A stretch of DNA of 37,401 bases, taken from assembly GCA_046050405.1 (NCBI GenBank), contig JBJOPY010000186.1:1-37401 (forward strand), in the 5' to 3' direction. Shown here piece after piece: positions 7,144 to 14,648 of the stretch. The stretch's first letter is position 1, and every line of letters starts with the position of its first letter. Position numbers and translations under genes: made by a program. The stretch comes from Bacteroidota bacterium. GTDB lineage: Bacteria > Bacteroidota > Bacteroidia > J057 > JADKCL01. The notes beneath the pieces are model-generated. The model did no database searches, had not been told where the DNA came from, and saw only the letters and a program-made list of their open reading frames with translations.

Positions 7144-9807
7144 TTACAATTGTCCACTGATCGCCGCCCGCATTTCTGTTTCATACACGGATATTTCGAC
7201 TTTCGCGTCGTCTTGGTCCTTCGCGTCGTCTTGATCCTTCTTGGCGGCTGCGGCCTTCTTGTCGGCCTCGTCCTTCTTTTCGGCCTTGGCCTTCCATTTC
7301 TTCCACTTCGCGGGTGTGATGCTGGCAGCGTCCAGGAGGGCTTTCAGGGTGACATGTGCGTATGCCTGCGACTCTTTTTCCCCTGCTTCTCCTTTTGGGA
7401 TGTCGGTGATGACGATCGGGGCCGGGACGAACTCCGACCCGTTCCAGCTCGATTGGCCCAGCCGGTAAACTGCATCCGTGATCTCCTCCTTGCTGGCTTT
7501 CTCCGCCTGCTTGCTCTTGTGTGCCGAGGCGCTGGTTTCCAATTTCAGGTTCTCCGTGGAGAACCTTTCTGGCCGCTCCGACCTGGCGTTCTTGCCACTC
7601 CCTTTCTTCACCCATGTGTCGCGCTTCTCGGAGTCCCCGAGGCTGTTGGCGGATTGGCCAGGTTTCAAGGTCGTTTCTGTACTGCTCTTTACACGCTTTT
7701 TCTTCTCCATCCAGGTGAAGCGCTGGATGTCCAGGAATTCATCCTCTGTGAGTTCTGCAGGCGTCTCACGGTTGATGACTTCGTCCAGGTGACTGTAATA
7801 ATACTTGAAAATCCGGGTTTCCATGGTGCGATACCCTGGAGCCTTGGCTTCCCTCTGGTGGGTGACCGTTCCGCTGTCCGTCAGCATGCCTGCGATTTTT
7901 GTCAGCCGATTGGATGCTTCGTTCCTCCGCCAGCTCAATGCCGTGGTGCCCAGGGTGATCAGCCCTCCGATGGCCGCGAGGGCGATTCCGACCGGGGCAC
8001 CCACGCCCGAGAGCGTTAAGGCGCCGCCTGTAACGGCCAAGGCGCCGCTGACGGTCTTCAATGCGCCGCGCTCCATCTTGCGACCGTTGAGCATCTTCAT
8101 GGCCTTCATGGCCGGGCCGAACTCCTTGTCTATCGCATCCACCTCCTTCAATACCTTCTCCAGCCGCAGCATGTGGGTGAGCAAGTGAGACAATACCTCT
8201 GGATCTTGCGTATTCTTGATCAGGTCGGTGGCGGTGTTCACGGCACCGTTGACTCCTTTCCGGATATCAGACTGGGCCTTCTCTCCCTTCTTGATATCCT
8301 TGTTGGACGACCAGGCACGGAAGATCTGGACACCCCCCACGATCATGTCGATGCTGCCTGTGACGACTCCCAATGCAGCCGATGCGGTTCCCAGTGCCGA
8401 TGCTGTGGCGCCTGCAGTGGTGCCGGCGGCCTTCAGGATGGACGAGCCAAAATCAACCCCCGTCTTGCCCAGGGCGGTGGTTTGGGATCCGAGTTCCAGG
8501 GCGCCTTGAACCATTTCTCGGTTGGTTTTCCCATCCTTGGAGAAGAATTCAATGCCACTCTTGAGCAGGGAGACCATCCCTGAAACGACCGAAAGTTCTG
8601 AGGCCACCATGCCTGCGATTCCGGACTGGGCGACAGCGTTCTTGCCCTGGTTGTGAATGGTATCTATGGTCGAGGCAAAGCTCCAGCCCCCGGACGTCAT
8701 CGCGCCCAAGGAACTCAGCCCCTTGTAGGCAGCTTCCGTTTTTGCCAGGCCGCTCGCCTTTTCGTCTCTCAATTTATTGATGGAATCATAGACACCGAAG
8801 GCACTCGTGCCCACGCCTGCCACGCTGGACACCCCTCCCAGCTCGGGGGTGGTACTGCTCAGCGTCTTGGGTTTTCCATTCGCATCTTTTCCAGCATCCA
8901 GCTTGCCGACTGACCCGGATATTTTCCCTGGCATATCTATGATTGCCTTTACGAGCCCCTCACGGTTCGTTTCCCCGGCATCGGCCTTGACTGCGGTGTC
9001 CTCGCCTTCCTGCTTCGCCTTCCGGACACCCTTGACCAGCTGGTTGAAGTCGGGGTTTAAAACGGTTTTCCAGCTGCTGAGGTCATCGTAATACGCTTTT
9101 TGGCCCATTGCCCTGAAGGCGGCGGACTTTTCCTCGGGCTTGAGCGCCTTGAAGTCCGCCAGGATTTGTTTATTGCGCTCGCTCTTTGCCTTTTCAGCGA
9201 GCCAGCTCTCCACGGACGCAAGGGTGGCGTTCCGTTTGCCCTCATAGCCATTCAGGGCGTCCAGCAGCCTTTGTGCCCTTTGGGTCATCCTGGCCATGTA
9301 CGCATCGTCTTTTTCCTTGGAGCCTCTTTTGAGATCCCCGGTTTTCTGGCTGATGCGCTCCACGTCCACTACCGGAATGCTGGGTAGTTTTTGATGGACT
9401 TGCTCCATGATGGAAGCGTATTCCTTCCCTGGATCTGGCAAATTCTGGTTGGCAGCGGCCTTCTTCTTGCCTCTCAGCTGGGCAGTACCCGCTCCTCCGC
9501 CTCCTTGCCCCGCTTCCCGCTGCTTCCGCTGGGCGGCGGCGGCATTCTCGGCGGTGGCGATGCGCTGCAGCTGTGCAGCCGCCTTTGCCTGCGGGCTGTT
9601 GTTGGCTGCATCCTGCCAAGCGCGGAACTGCTGGACACGGGGGCTGTTGTTGGCCGCCTCCTGGAGCTTGTTCTGGGCGACGAGCCCGGGGCGTCCTGCG
9701 GGGAAGCTGGCCGATTTTTCGGAGGAGAGTCCCAGGTTTGACCCGCGATTTTGCGTGGAGACTTCAGCCTCCTGCTTCTGCTTTGGCTGTGGGGAGTGAG
9801 TTTTCAT
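7144..9807 (-). CDS. cassette 1 large protein (887 aa): Q/A-rich leader plus Gly/Ala/Ser-rich hydrophobic body; putative membrane-active effector, no DUF4157 module
   Basis: A full-length ORF homologous to 11046..14036 over the leader (aa 1-112, NNSPRVQQFRAWQDAANNSPQAKAAAQLQ) and the body (aa ~125-887). There is no N-terminal signal peptide. It has long G/A/S/T-rich hydrophobic stretches and a conserved C-terminal tail ...ETEMRAAISGQL. Confidence 0.7.
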   Translation of the reverse strand: MKTHSPQPKQKQEAEVSTQNRGSNLGLSSEKSASFPAGRPGLVAQNKLQEAANNSPRVQQFRAWQDAANNSPQAKAAAQLQRIATAENAAAAQRKQREAGQGGGGAGTAQLRGKKKAAANQNLPDPGKEYASIMEQVHQKLPSIPVVDVERISQKTGDLKRGSKEKDDAYMARMTQRAQRLLDALNGYEGKRNATLASVESWLAEKAKSERNKQILADFKALKPEEKSAAFRAMGQKAYYDDLSSWKTVLNPDFNQLVKGVRKAKQEGEDTAVKADAGETNREGLVKAIIDMPGKISGSVGKLDAGKDANGKPKTLSSTTPELGGVSSVAGVGTSAFGVYDSINKLRDEKASGLAKTEAAYKGLSSLGAMTSGGWSFASTIDTIHNQGKNAVAQSGIAGMVASELSVVSGMVSLLKSGIEFFSKDGKTNREMVQGALELGSQTTALGKTGVDFGSSILKAAGTTAGATASALGTASAALGVVTGSIDMIVGGVQIFRAWSSNKDIKKGEKAQSDIRKGVNGAVNTATDLIKNTQDPEVLSHLLTHMLRLEKVLKEVDAIDKEFGPAMKAMKMLNGRKMERGALKTVSGALAVTGGALTLSGVGAPVGIALAAIGGLITLGTTALSWRRNEASNRLTKIAGMLTDSGTVTHQREAKAPGYRTMETRIFKYYYSHLDEVINRETPAELTEDEFLDIQRFTWMEKKKRVKSSTETTLKPGQSANSLGDSEKRDTWVKKGSGKNARSERPERFSTENLKLETSASAHKSKQAEKASKEEITDAVYRLGQSSWNGSEFVPAPIVITDIPKGEAGEKESQAYAHVTLKALLDAASITPAKWKKWKAKAEKKDEADKKAAAAKKDQDDAKDQDDAKVEISVYETEMRAAISGQL
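7201..7236. repeat. in-frame 18-bp tandem duplication in the C-terminal tail of cassette 1 protein
   Basis: ttcgcgtcgtcttggtcc / ttcgcgtcgtcttgatcc encodes KDQDDA KDQDDA. It is absent from the cassette 2 protein. Confidence 0.8.
7930..8067 (-). other. 46-aa hydrophobic glycine-zipper-like segment (predicted helical hairpin) of cassette 1 protein
   Basis: GALKTVSGALAVTGGALTLSGVGAPVGIALAAIGGLITLGTTALSW (aa 581-626) has no charged residue after K584 and contains repeated small-xxx-small spacing. Confidence 0.6.
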
Positions 9808-9909
9808 TTTAGAGATGCATTTTTCCGGGCTTTGAGCCAGTTCGAAATATCCAAACGAATCGTTGAAGGAAAGATGGTGGAAACAATGCGCTGCCTTTCA
9901 CGATGCAAC

Positions 9910-9940
9910 GCACTCCATGTGAAAGACCGCCGTATCGCCA
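9910..9940 (-). promoter_or_regulatory. conserved upstream element shared by cassette 1 and 2 large genes
   Basis: The minus-strand core CGGTCTTTCAcatGGAGTGC (9910..9929) matches CGGTCTTTCAtccGGAGTGC at 14132..14151 in 17 of 20 positions. The two lie 103 and 96 nt upstream of their ATGs, in otherwise poorly alignable spacers. Confidence 0.4.
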
Positions 9941-10385
9941 CACCCTCCATTGCGGACAATTGGACATATCCGCATGGACTTGCTGGCGATGCAATCGCGT
10001 GCAATATAGCATGAAAATCGGAATCGTCCAAAAAATCTGAAGAATCCTTCCCTGCCATGAATCCATGTCGCAGGGCCTGACCTCCCGCCTTCGCAGCGAC
10101 GAAGGGAGGGGAATCGCTAAAGCTCCGTTCCCATGGCATCCCTGTGCCAGCTCTTGGGGAGTGCCATCCAAGGCCTGCCCGTGGCGGCGTCCATCACGCG
10201 GTTTTGCAGGGATCCACCGGGGAGGCAGCATTTTACCCAAGACATGGCCAGCCGGAGGCTTCAGCGATGAGGAAGCCCCGTCGTTTGCAAGGGGAACTAT
10301 GCGAGGCAGACACGGGCGTTCCATCACGCCTGAACGACGTCCATGAGCCGTTAGAAGCCCAGCTCACCGCACCGAAGCACCAGGT

Positions 10386-10586
10386 GATCCTTCGGTTTCC
10401 CGATTTCGGCCATCGTTTATCAGGGCAGGGGATTCAGGCTGGGGTGTTCCCAAGCATTCTGCACAGTTCAGCCCGTCACCCACCCTTTTCCATCCAGGGG
10501 CCGAACCAAGTCAGGGAAGGGATTCCACCCTGCCCCGGCCCGGAGCCGATCGCTCGGTCCCCGGCCGGGGCGGATGGCCGTCACCC
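10386..10586. repeat. ~200 bp conserved 3' flank of the YbjN-like gene; partner 14649..14851
   Basis: By-eye alignment runs from gatccttcggtttccc through cagcccgtcacccac...ggggccgaaccaag... to the stop codon. Similarity is lost further into the spacers. Confidence 0.7.
10533..10570 (-). terminator. GC-rich stem-loop just downstream of the intact YbjN-like gene (no U tract)
   Basis: The minus strand reads CCCCGGCC GGGGA CCGA GCGA TCGG CTCCG GGCCGGGG. This gives an outer 8-bp stem and an inner 4-bp stem capped by a GCGA tetraloop. It is conserved at 14797..14835. Confidence 0.35.
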
Positions 10587-11033
10587 CTATTCGGGGAAGA
10601 CGATCGCGAAGGCCTCCTCGTAGGTGGCGTCGTCGTTGATCACAGCGGTGAACCCGGGGAGGTACTTGTCCATCGTGAAGTTCGTGTACAGCGTCATGCG
10701 CTGGAAGAAGTCGCTGTCCGGCGTGAGCCCGCCCAGGTCGGCCCCCACCCGGAAGCGAATCTCGCCATCGGTGCGGTCCATCACCCAGGCGCCATGCGTC
10801 ATGCCGAAGTTCGCGCGGTTCATGAAGGCGGTGACCTCGTCGTAATAGTCCGGCGGACAATTGCGGGGTGCCCGGGCAAACATCACCAGCACATCGTCGT
10901 CGCAGGTGACCACGAAGGCCCATGTGCCATGCGTCCCATTGTAAGGGCAGGAGAGGATGTTCTCCCCCTCCATCTTCTGCATCGGCCACTTGCGCTCCGC
11001 GAAATGCGCCGTCACTTGTTCAAAGATATCCAT
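10587..11033 (-). CDS. YbjN-like protein (148 aa), intact partner of cassette 2
   Basis: MDIFEQVTAHFAERKWPMQKMEGENILSCPYNGTHGTWAFVVTCDDDVLVMFARAPRNCPPD...FMNRANFGMTHGAWVMDRTDGEIRFRVG... This pattern is what I recognise from the YbjN (putative sensory transduction regulator / T3SS-chaperone-like) family. It starts 12 nt after the stop of 11046..14036. It has no signal peptide and no TM segment. Confidence 0.7.
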   Translation of the reverse strand: MDIFEQVTAHFAERKWPMQKMEGENILSCPYNGTHGTWAFVVTCDDDVLVMFARAPRNCPPDYYDEVTAFMNRANFGMTHGAWVMDRTDGEIRFRVGADLGGLTPDSDFFQRMTLYTNFTMDKYLPGFTAVINDDATYEEAFAIVFPE

Positions 11034-11045
11034 TATTGTAGGGGG

Positions 11046-14036
11046 TTACAATTGATTGCTGATCGATTTACGCATTTCTGTTTCTTGATCGGCAGGGGTG
11101 GGCTTGAGGTCGGCCTTGGCCTTCCACGACTTCCATTTGGCAGGCGTGATGCTGGCGGCGCTGAGGAGGGATGTCAGGGTTATATGTGCGTATGCCTTGG
11201 CCTCTTCTCCTCCCCCTCCGAGGAGGACGAGCGGTGCAGGAACGAACTCTGTCCCGTTCCAGCTCGATGACCCCAATCTGTAAACCGCATCCGTGATCTC
11301 CTCCTTGCTGGCTTCTTCCGCCTGCTTGCTCTTGTGTGCCGAGGCGCTGGTCTCCAGTTTGAAATTCTCCCAAGACCAAGAGTCGGGCCGCTCGGATTTG
11401 ACAGCCTTGCCGCTTCCTTTCTTCACCCATGTGTTGCGCTTCTCGGTGTCCCCGAGGCTGCTGGCATCTTTGCCCGGTTGCAAAGTCGTTACCTTTTCTT
11501 TCGGCACGCGGTCTTTCTTTTCCTGCCAGTTGAAGCGCTGGATGTCCGTGAATTCATCCTCTGTCATGTCTGCAGGCGCCTCACGGTCGATGACCTGGTC
11601 CAGATGCTTGTAATAATACTTGTAGATCCGGTTTTCCATGGTGCGGAACCCGGGGGCTTCGGCCGCCCTTTGGTCTGTGACGGTTCCGCTGTCGGTCAGC
11701 ATGCCAGCGATTTTCGTGAGCCGGTTGGCCGCCTCGTTCCTGCGCCAGTTCACCGCCAGACCACCCAGTGAGATCAGCCCGGCAACGGCCGCAATGGCGA
11801 TCCCGACCGGGGCGCCCACGCCCGAGAGGGTGAGTGCGCTGCCGGTAACGGCCAAGGCACCGCTGACGGTTTTCAAGGCGCCGCGCTCCATCTTGCGACC
11901 GTTGACCATCTTCATGGCTTTCATGGCGGGGCCGAACTCATTCTCCACGGCTTTAATCTCTGCCAAGACCTTTCTCAGCCTCCTCATTTCCCTAATCAAG
12001 CTGGAATACGCCTTGGCGTTGCGTGAAACCTTCATCTCCTCGAGGGTCTGGATGAGGGCAGTGTTGATTCCTTGCACCATGGTCGCCTGTGCCGCCTCTC
12101 CTTTCTTGATGTCATTGTTAGAGAGCGCGGCGCGGACGATCTGAACCACGCCGATGACCATGTCGATGGTTCCTGTGATGACCCCCAGGGCTGCAGAGGC
12201 GGTCCCAAGGGCCGTAACTGTTGCACCTGTGGTGGTGCCTGCTGCACTGAGAATCGACTTGCCAAGATCAGCACCTGACTTGCCCAGGGAGGCAGCTTTG
12301 GATCCTATTTCCAAAGCACCCTCGGTCATTTCTCCCGAGGTTTTCCCGTCCTTGGAGAAATAATTATAGCCGGTCTCAAGCAGATCGAGTGTACCTGTCA
12401 CGGCCGTGAGCCCACTACTCACCGCGCCTGCGATCCCAGACTGGGCGACAGCGTTCTGGTCCTTCTCGAGCGGGTTCTTTATTTTGTCGATCGCCCCGGC
12501 AATGTCCCAGGCCCCGGACACCATTGATCCTGCGCTATCCACTCCCGATACGACTGCTTTTGCCTTATCGAACTTGCCAGCCTCTGGATCTCTAAAATCA
12601 TTGACAGCGCTGTAGATGCCGAAGGCTCCCGTTGCAAGATCCGCCCCGCCTTGGATGGCACCCAGGTTAGGATTCACATCAGCCAGGGTCTGGTCATTTC
12701 CCTTATCATCTTTCCCTCCATCCAGCTCACCCACTGCCTCAGTAATACTAGACGCTGCTTCAAAGACTCCGCTCGCCATTTCAGAACGGTTGCTCTCTCC
12801 GGCATCCGCTTCGACCGCCGCATCCGGGGCTACCTGGGTTGCCTGCCGGATACCCACGATCAGTTCGTTGAAGCTGGGGCTTAGGAAGGTTTTCCAAGTG
12901 CTGACGTCATCGTAATAGGCCTTTTGGCCCATCGTCCTGAAGGCCCGGGTCTTTTGGATGGGCGTCAAAGCCTTGAAATTGGCGAGGATTGTTTGATTGC
13001 GTTTGATGTTTCCTGCCTTTTCACCGAGCCAGCCCTCCACTGCTGCAATGGTGGCTGCCTTTTGGCTCGTATAGCCATTCAGGGCATCCAGAAGCTTTTG
13101 TGCCTCCCTGACCATTCTCGCCTTGAACGTAGCAGTCTTCTCAAAACGGCTCTCCGTGGTGTCGTCAGTCTTCTGGCCTATCCGTTCCCGGTCTTCTACC
13201 GGAATGCTGGGTAGTTTGCTGTTGATTTGATCCAGAATTGCCTGGTAACCCGCAGGCGGAGCAGTCAAATTCTGGATGTTCGCAATCTTCCTCTCGCCGG
13301 AAATAAGCTGGGCGACCTTGAGCTGGGTGGGGGCGGATGGGTTGGACAAGGAAGTGAAGGTTTTGTTTTGCAGGACATTGCCGCCCACACTGGCTGCCTC
13401 GGCACCCTTGATGTCCGCTTCCCGCTCCAGGCCTGCATCGTCATTGATCGGAACGGTCCCCTTCATCTGCGTGGTGGGCTGCACCCTTCCCTGCTTCTGC
13501 TGCACCACGTGCCATGCCTCGTGCCCCAGGTGCTTCTCCTGCCCGGGTGCGACGTGGATGTTCTCGCCCTGGGCGAAGGCATGGGCCTGGAGCTGCGCAG
13601 GCTCCGAGGAGTTGTAATGCACCTTCACATTGTCCATGGACATTCCGCTCATGTGTTCGATGCCGGCCTTCAGCTGCGTCGGCAGCCCGGTGTCCTTGTC
13701 CTTCAGCTGGGCGCTATCCGCTCCTCCGCCTTGCTCCATTTCCCGCTGCTTCCGCTGGACGGCGGCGGCGTTGGCCGCGGTGGCGACCCGCTGCAGCTGT
13801 GCTGCGGCCTTCACCTGCGGGCTGTTGTTGGCTGCCAGCTGTAATGCACGGAACTGCTGAACCTGGGGGCTGTTGTTGATGCCCTCCTGGAGCTTCTTGC
13901 GGGCGACGATCTCGGGACGGCCTGCGGAGAAGCTGGCCGATCTCTCGGAGGAGAGCCCCTCCATTGACGTGTGTTCACCCATGGAGCCTTCGGCATTCTG
14001 CTTCGGCTTCGGTTGTAGGGGGGTGTGATTTTCCAT
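11046..14036 (-). CDS. cassette 2 large protein (996 aa): leader plus DUF4157-like module plus hydrophobic body; putative polymorphic toxin / eCIS-type effector
   Basis: Start chosen at MENHTPLQPKPKQ (ATG 14036), by homology with the starts of the other two copies (MKTHSPQPKQKQ, METRKPLQPKLKQ). The track ORF extends to 14135. It contains GLPTQLKAGIEHMSGMSMDNVKVHYNSSEPAQLQAHAFAQGENIHVAPGQEKHLGHEAWHVVQQKQGRVQPT, and the body is homologous to 7144..9807. Confidence 0.75.
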   Translation of the reverse strand: MENHTPLQPKPKQNAEGSMGEHTSMEGLSSERSASFSAGRPEIVARKKLQEGINNSPQVQQFRALQLAANNSPQVKAAAQLQRVATAANAAAVQRKQREMEQGGGADSAQLKDKDTGLPTQLKAGIEHMSGMSMDNVKVHYNSSEPAQLQAHAFAQGENIHVAPGQEKHLGHEAWHVVQQKQGRVQPTTQMKGTVPINDDAGLEREADIKGAEAASVGGNVLQNKTFTSLSNPSAPTQLKVAQLISGERKIANIQNLTAPPAGYQAILDQINSKLPSIPVEDRERIGQKTDDTTESRFEKTATFKARMVREAQKLLDALNGYTSQKAATIAAVEGWLGEKAGNIKRNQTILANFKALTPIQKTRAFRTMGQKAYYDDVSTWKTFLSPSFNELIVGIRQATQVAPDAAVEADAGESNRSEMASGVFEAASSITEAVGELDGGKDDKGNDQTLADVNPNLGAIQGGADLATGAFGIYSAVNDFRDPEAGKFDKAKAVVSGVDSAGSMVSGAWDIAGAIDKIKNPLEKDQNAVAQSGIAGAVSSGLTAVTGTLDLLETGYNYFSKDGKTSGEMTEGALEIGSKAASLGKSGADLGKSILSAAGTTTGATVTALGTASAALGVITGTIDMVIGVVQIVRAALSNNDIKKGEAAQATMVQGINTALIQTLEEMKVSRNAKAYSSLIREMRRLRKVLAEIKAVENEFGPAMKAMKMVNGRKMERGALKTVSGALAVTGSALTLSGVGAPVGIAIAAVAGLISLGGLAVNWRRNEAANRLTKIAGMLTDSGTVTDQRAAEAPGFRTMENRIYKYYYKHLDQVIDREAPADMTEDEFTDIQRFNWQEKKDRVPKEKVTTLQPGKDASSLGDTEKRNTWVKKGSGKAVKSERPDSWSWENFKLETSASAHKSKQAEEASKEEITDAVYRLGSSSWNGTEFVPAPLVLLGGGGEEAKAYAHITLTSLLSAASITPAKWKSWKAKADLKPTPADQETEMRKSISNQL
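11745..11882 (-). other. 46-aa hydrophobic glycine-zipper-like segment of cassette 2 protein
   Basis: GALKTVSGALAVTGSALTLSGVGAPVGIAIAAVAGLISLGGLAVNW matches the cassette 1 segment at 37 of 46 positions by my count. Confidence 0.6.
13404..13688 (-). other. DUF4157-like module (present only in cassette 2 protein)
   Basis: The motif order LPxxLKxxxExxxGxxxxxVKVHxxxxAxxxxxxxxAxAFAxGxxIxxxxG...LxHExxHVVQQ matches my memory of the DUF4157 consensus. The HEAWH codons lie at 13509..13523. Confidence 0.7.
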
Positions 14037-14090
14037 GTGAGTAAGTGATGAATATTTAAACCTGGAAGTAAAAAGTGATAAACAGTTGAG

Positions 14091-14098
14091 CAAATTTA
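14091..14098 (-). promoter_or_regulatory. TAAATTTG, exact match to the Bacteroidota -7 promoter consensus TAnnTTTG, upstream of cassette 2 large gene
   Basis: Plus-strand caaattta lies 55-62 nt upstream of the ATG at 14036, in an AT-rich patch. Confidence 0.45.
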
Positions 14099-14131
14099 AG
14101 CGATAAACATCTGCAACCCCAACTGTGGGGC

Positions 14132-14163
14132 GCACTCCGGATGAAAGACCGATGAATCACCGC
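14132..14163 (-). promoter_or_regulatory. conserved upstream element (partner of 9910..9940)
   Basis: See 9910..9940. It lies just upstream of the putative -7 box, so it would overlap the -33/operator region. Confidence 0.4.
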
Positions 14164-14648
14164 TCCGTGTTCGGAGGAGACAATTGAATGCATCTCTTCT
14201 CTCTGGTGATACATTTTGTCGAAAGTTAATCAAAAATTGGAGCCGCCCAAAATTTTTTTGGGAAATACTTTGGCTTGTTGAAAATCCTTTGCTGAAAGGC
14301 CTCCTGGCTGTCCCGTTTCCCGCCTTCCCAGTGATGGCGGCTGAGCGGAACCGCCAGGCTCATGCCGTCGGCGATCCTGCGGAAGGACATTGGCATTGGA
14401 TGGCGGTGTCCTGGGTCTCGGACTGTCCCGGCATCCACCCCGGGGTGACCCTGGCGACCTCCCCGGAAGCAGTGGCACATCCTGAAACCATGGACGCGAC
14501 CCGAGATAGCCAGCCAAGCGGAAGCTGGCATTGGGCGTCCTCCAGGGAATCCGCGCAAGGCCTATACCGCCCCTCGCATCGCCACGGGGGCGACTCCCAC
14601 GCCCACGGTCGCATGGGTGCATGGCTCCTCCTCCCATTAGGATCGGGC

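Noticed and set aside
9809-10327. ORFs in the inter-cassette spacers: 9809..10327(-), 9804..10139(-), 10144..10623(+), 14184..14675(+), 14230..14724(-), 14226..14558(-).
   Set aside because: They have no recognisable motifs and compositionally biased translations. They are not conserved between the two spacers apart from the ~200 bp next to the YbjN-like stop, and no frame stays open in both copies. I treat them as noncoding, while noting that a decayed gene cannot be excluded without tblastx.
7144-14036. T9SS or Sec-dependent secretion of the large proteins.
   Set aside because: The N-termini are hydrophilic and Gln/Lys-rich with no hydrophobic h-region. The C-termini are Lys-rich and helical-looking, not a beta-sandwich CTD pattern. 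This is by-eye only, and SignalP plus a CTD HMM would settle it.
14037-14135. The longer start of the cassette 2 large ORF (MRPTVGVADVYRLNLLNCLSLFTSRFKYSSLTH...).
   Set aside because: The other two copies begin at the homologous M(E/K)T..P.QPK. The extra 33 codons run through the AT-rich putative promoter, including the TAAATTTG box.
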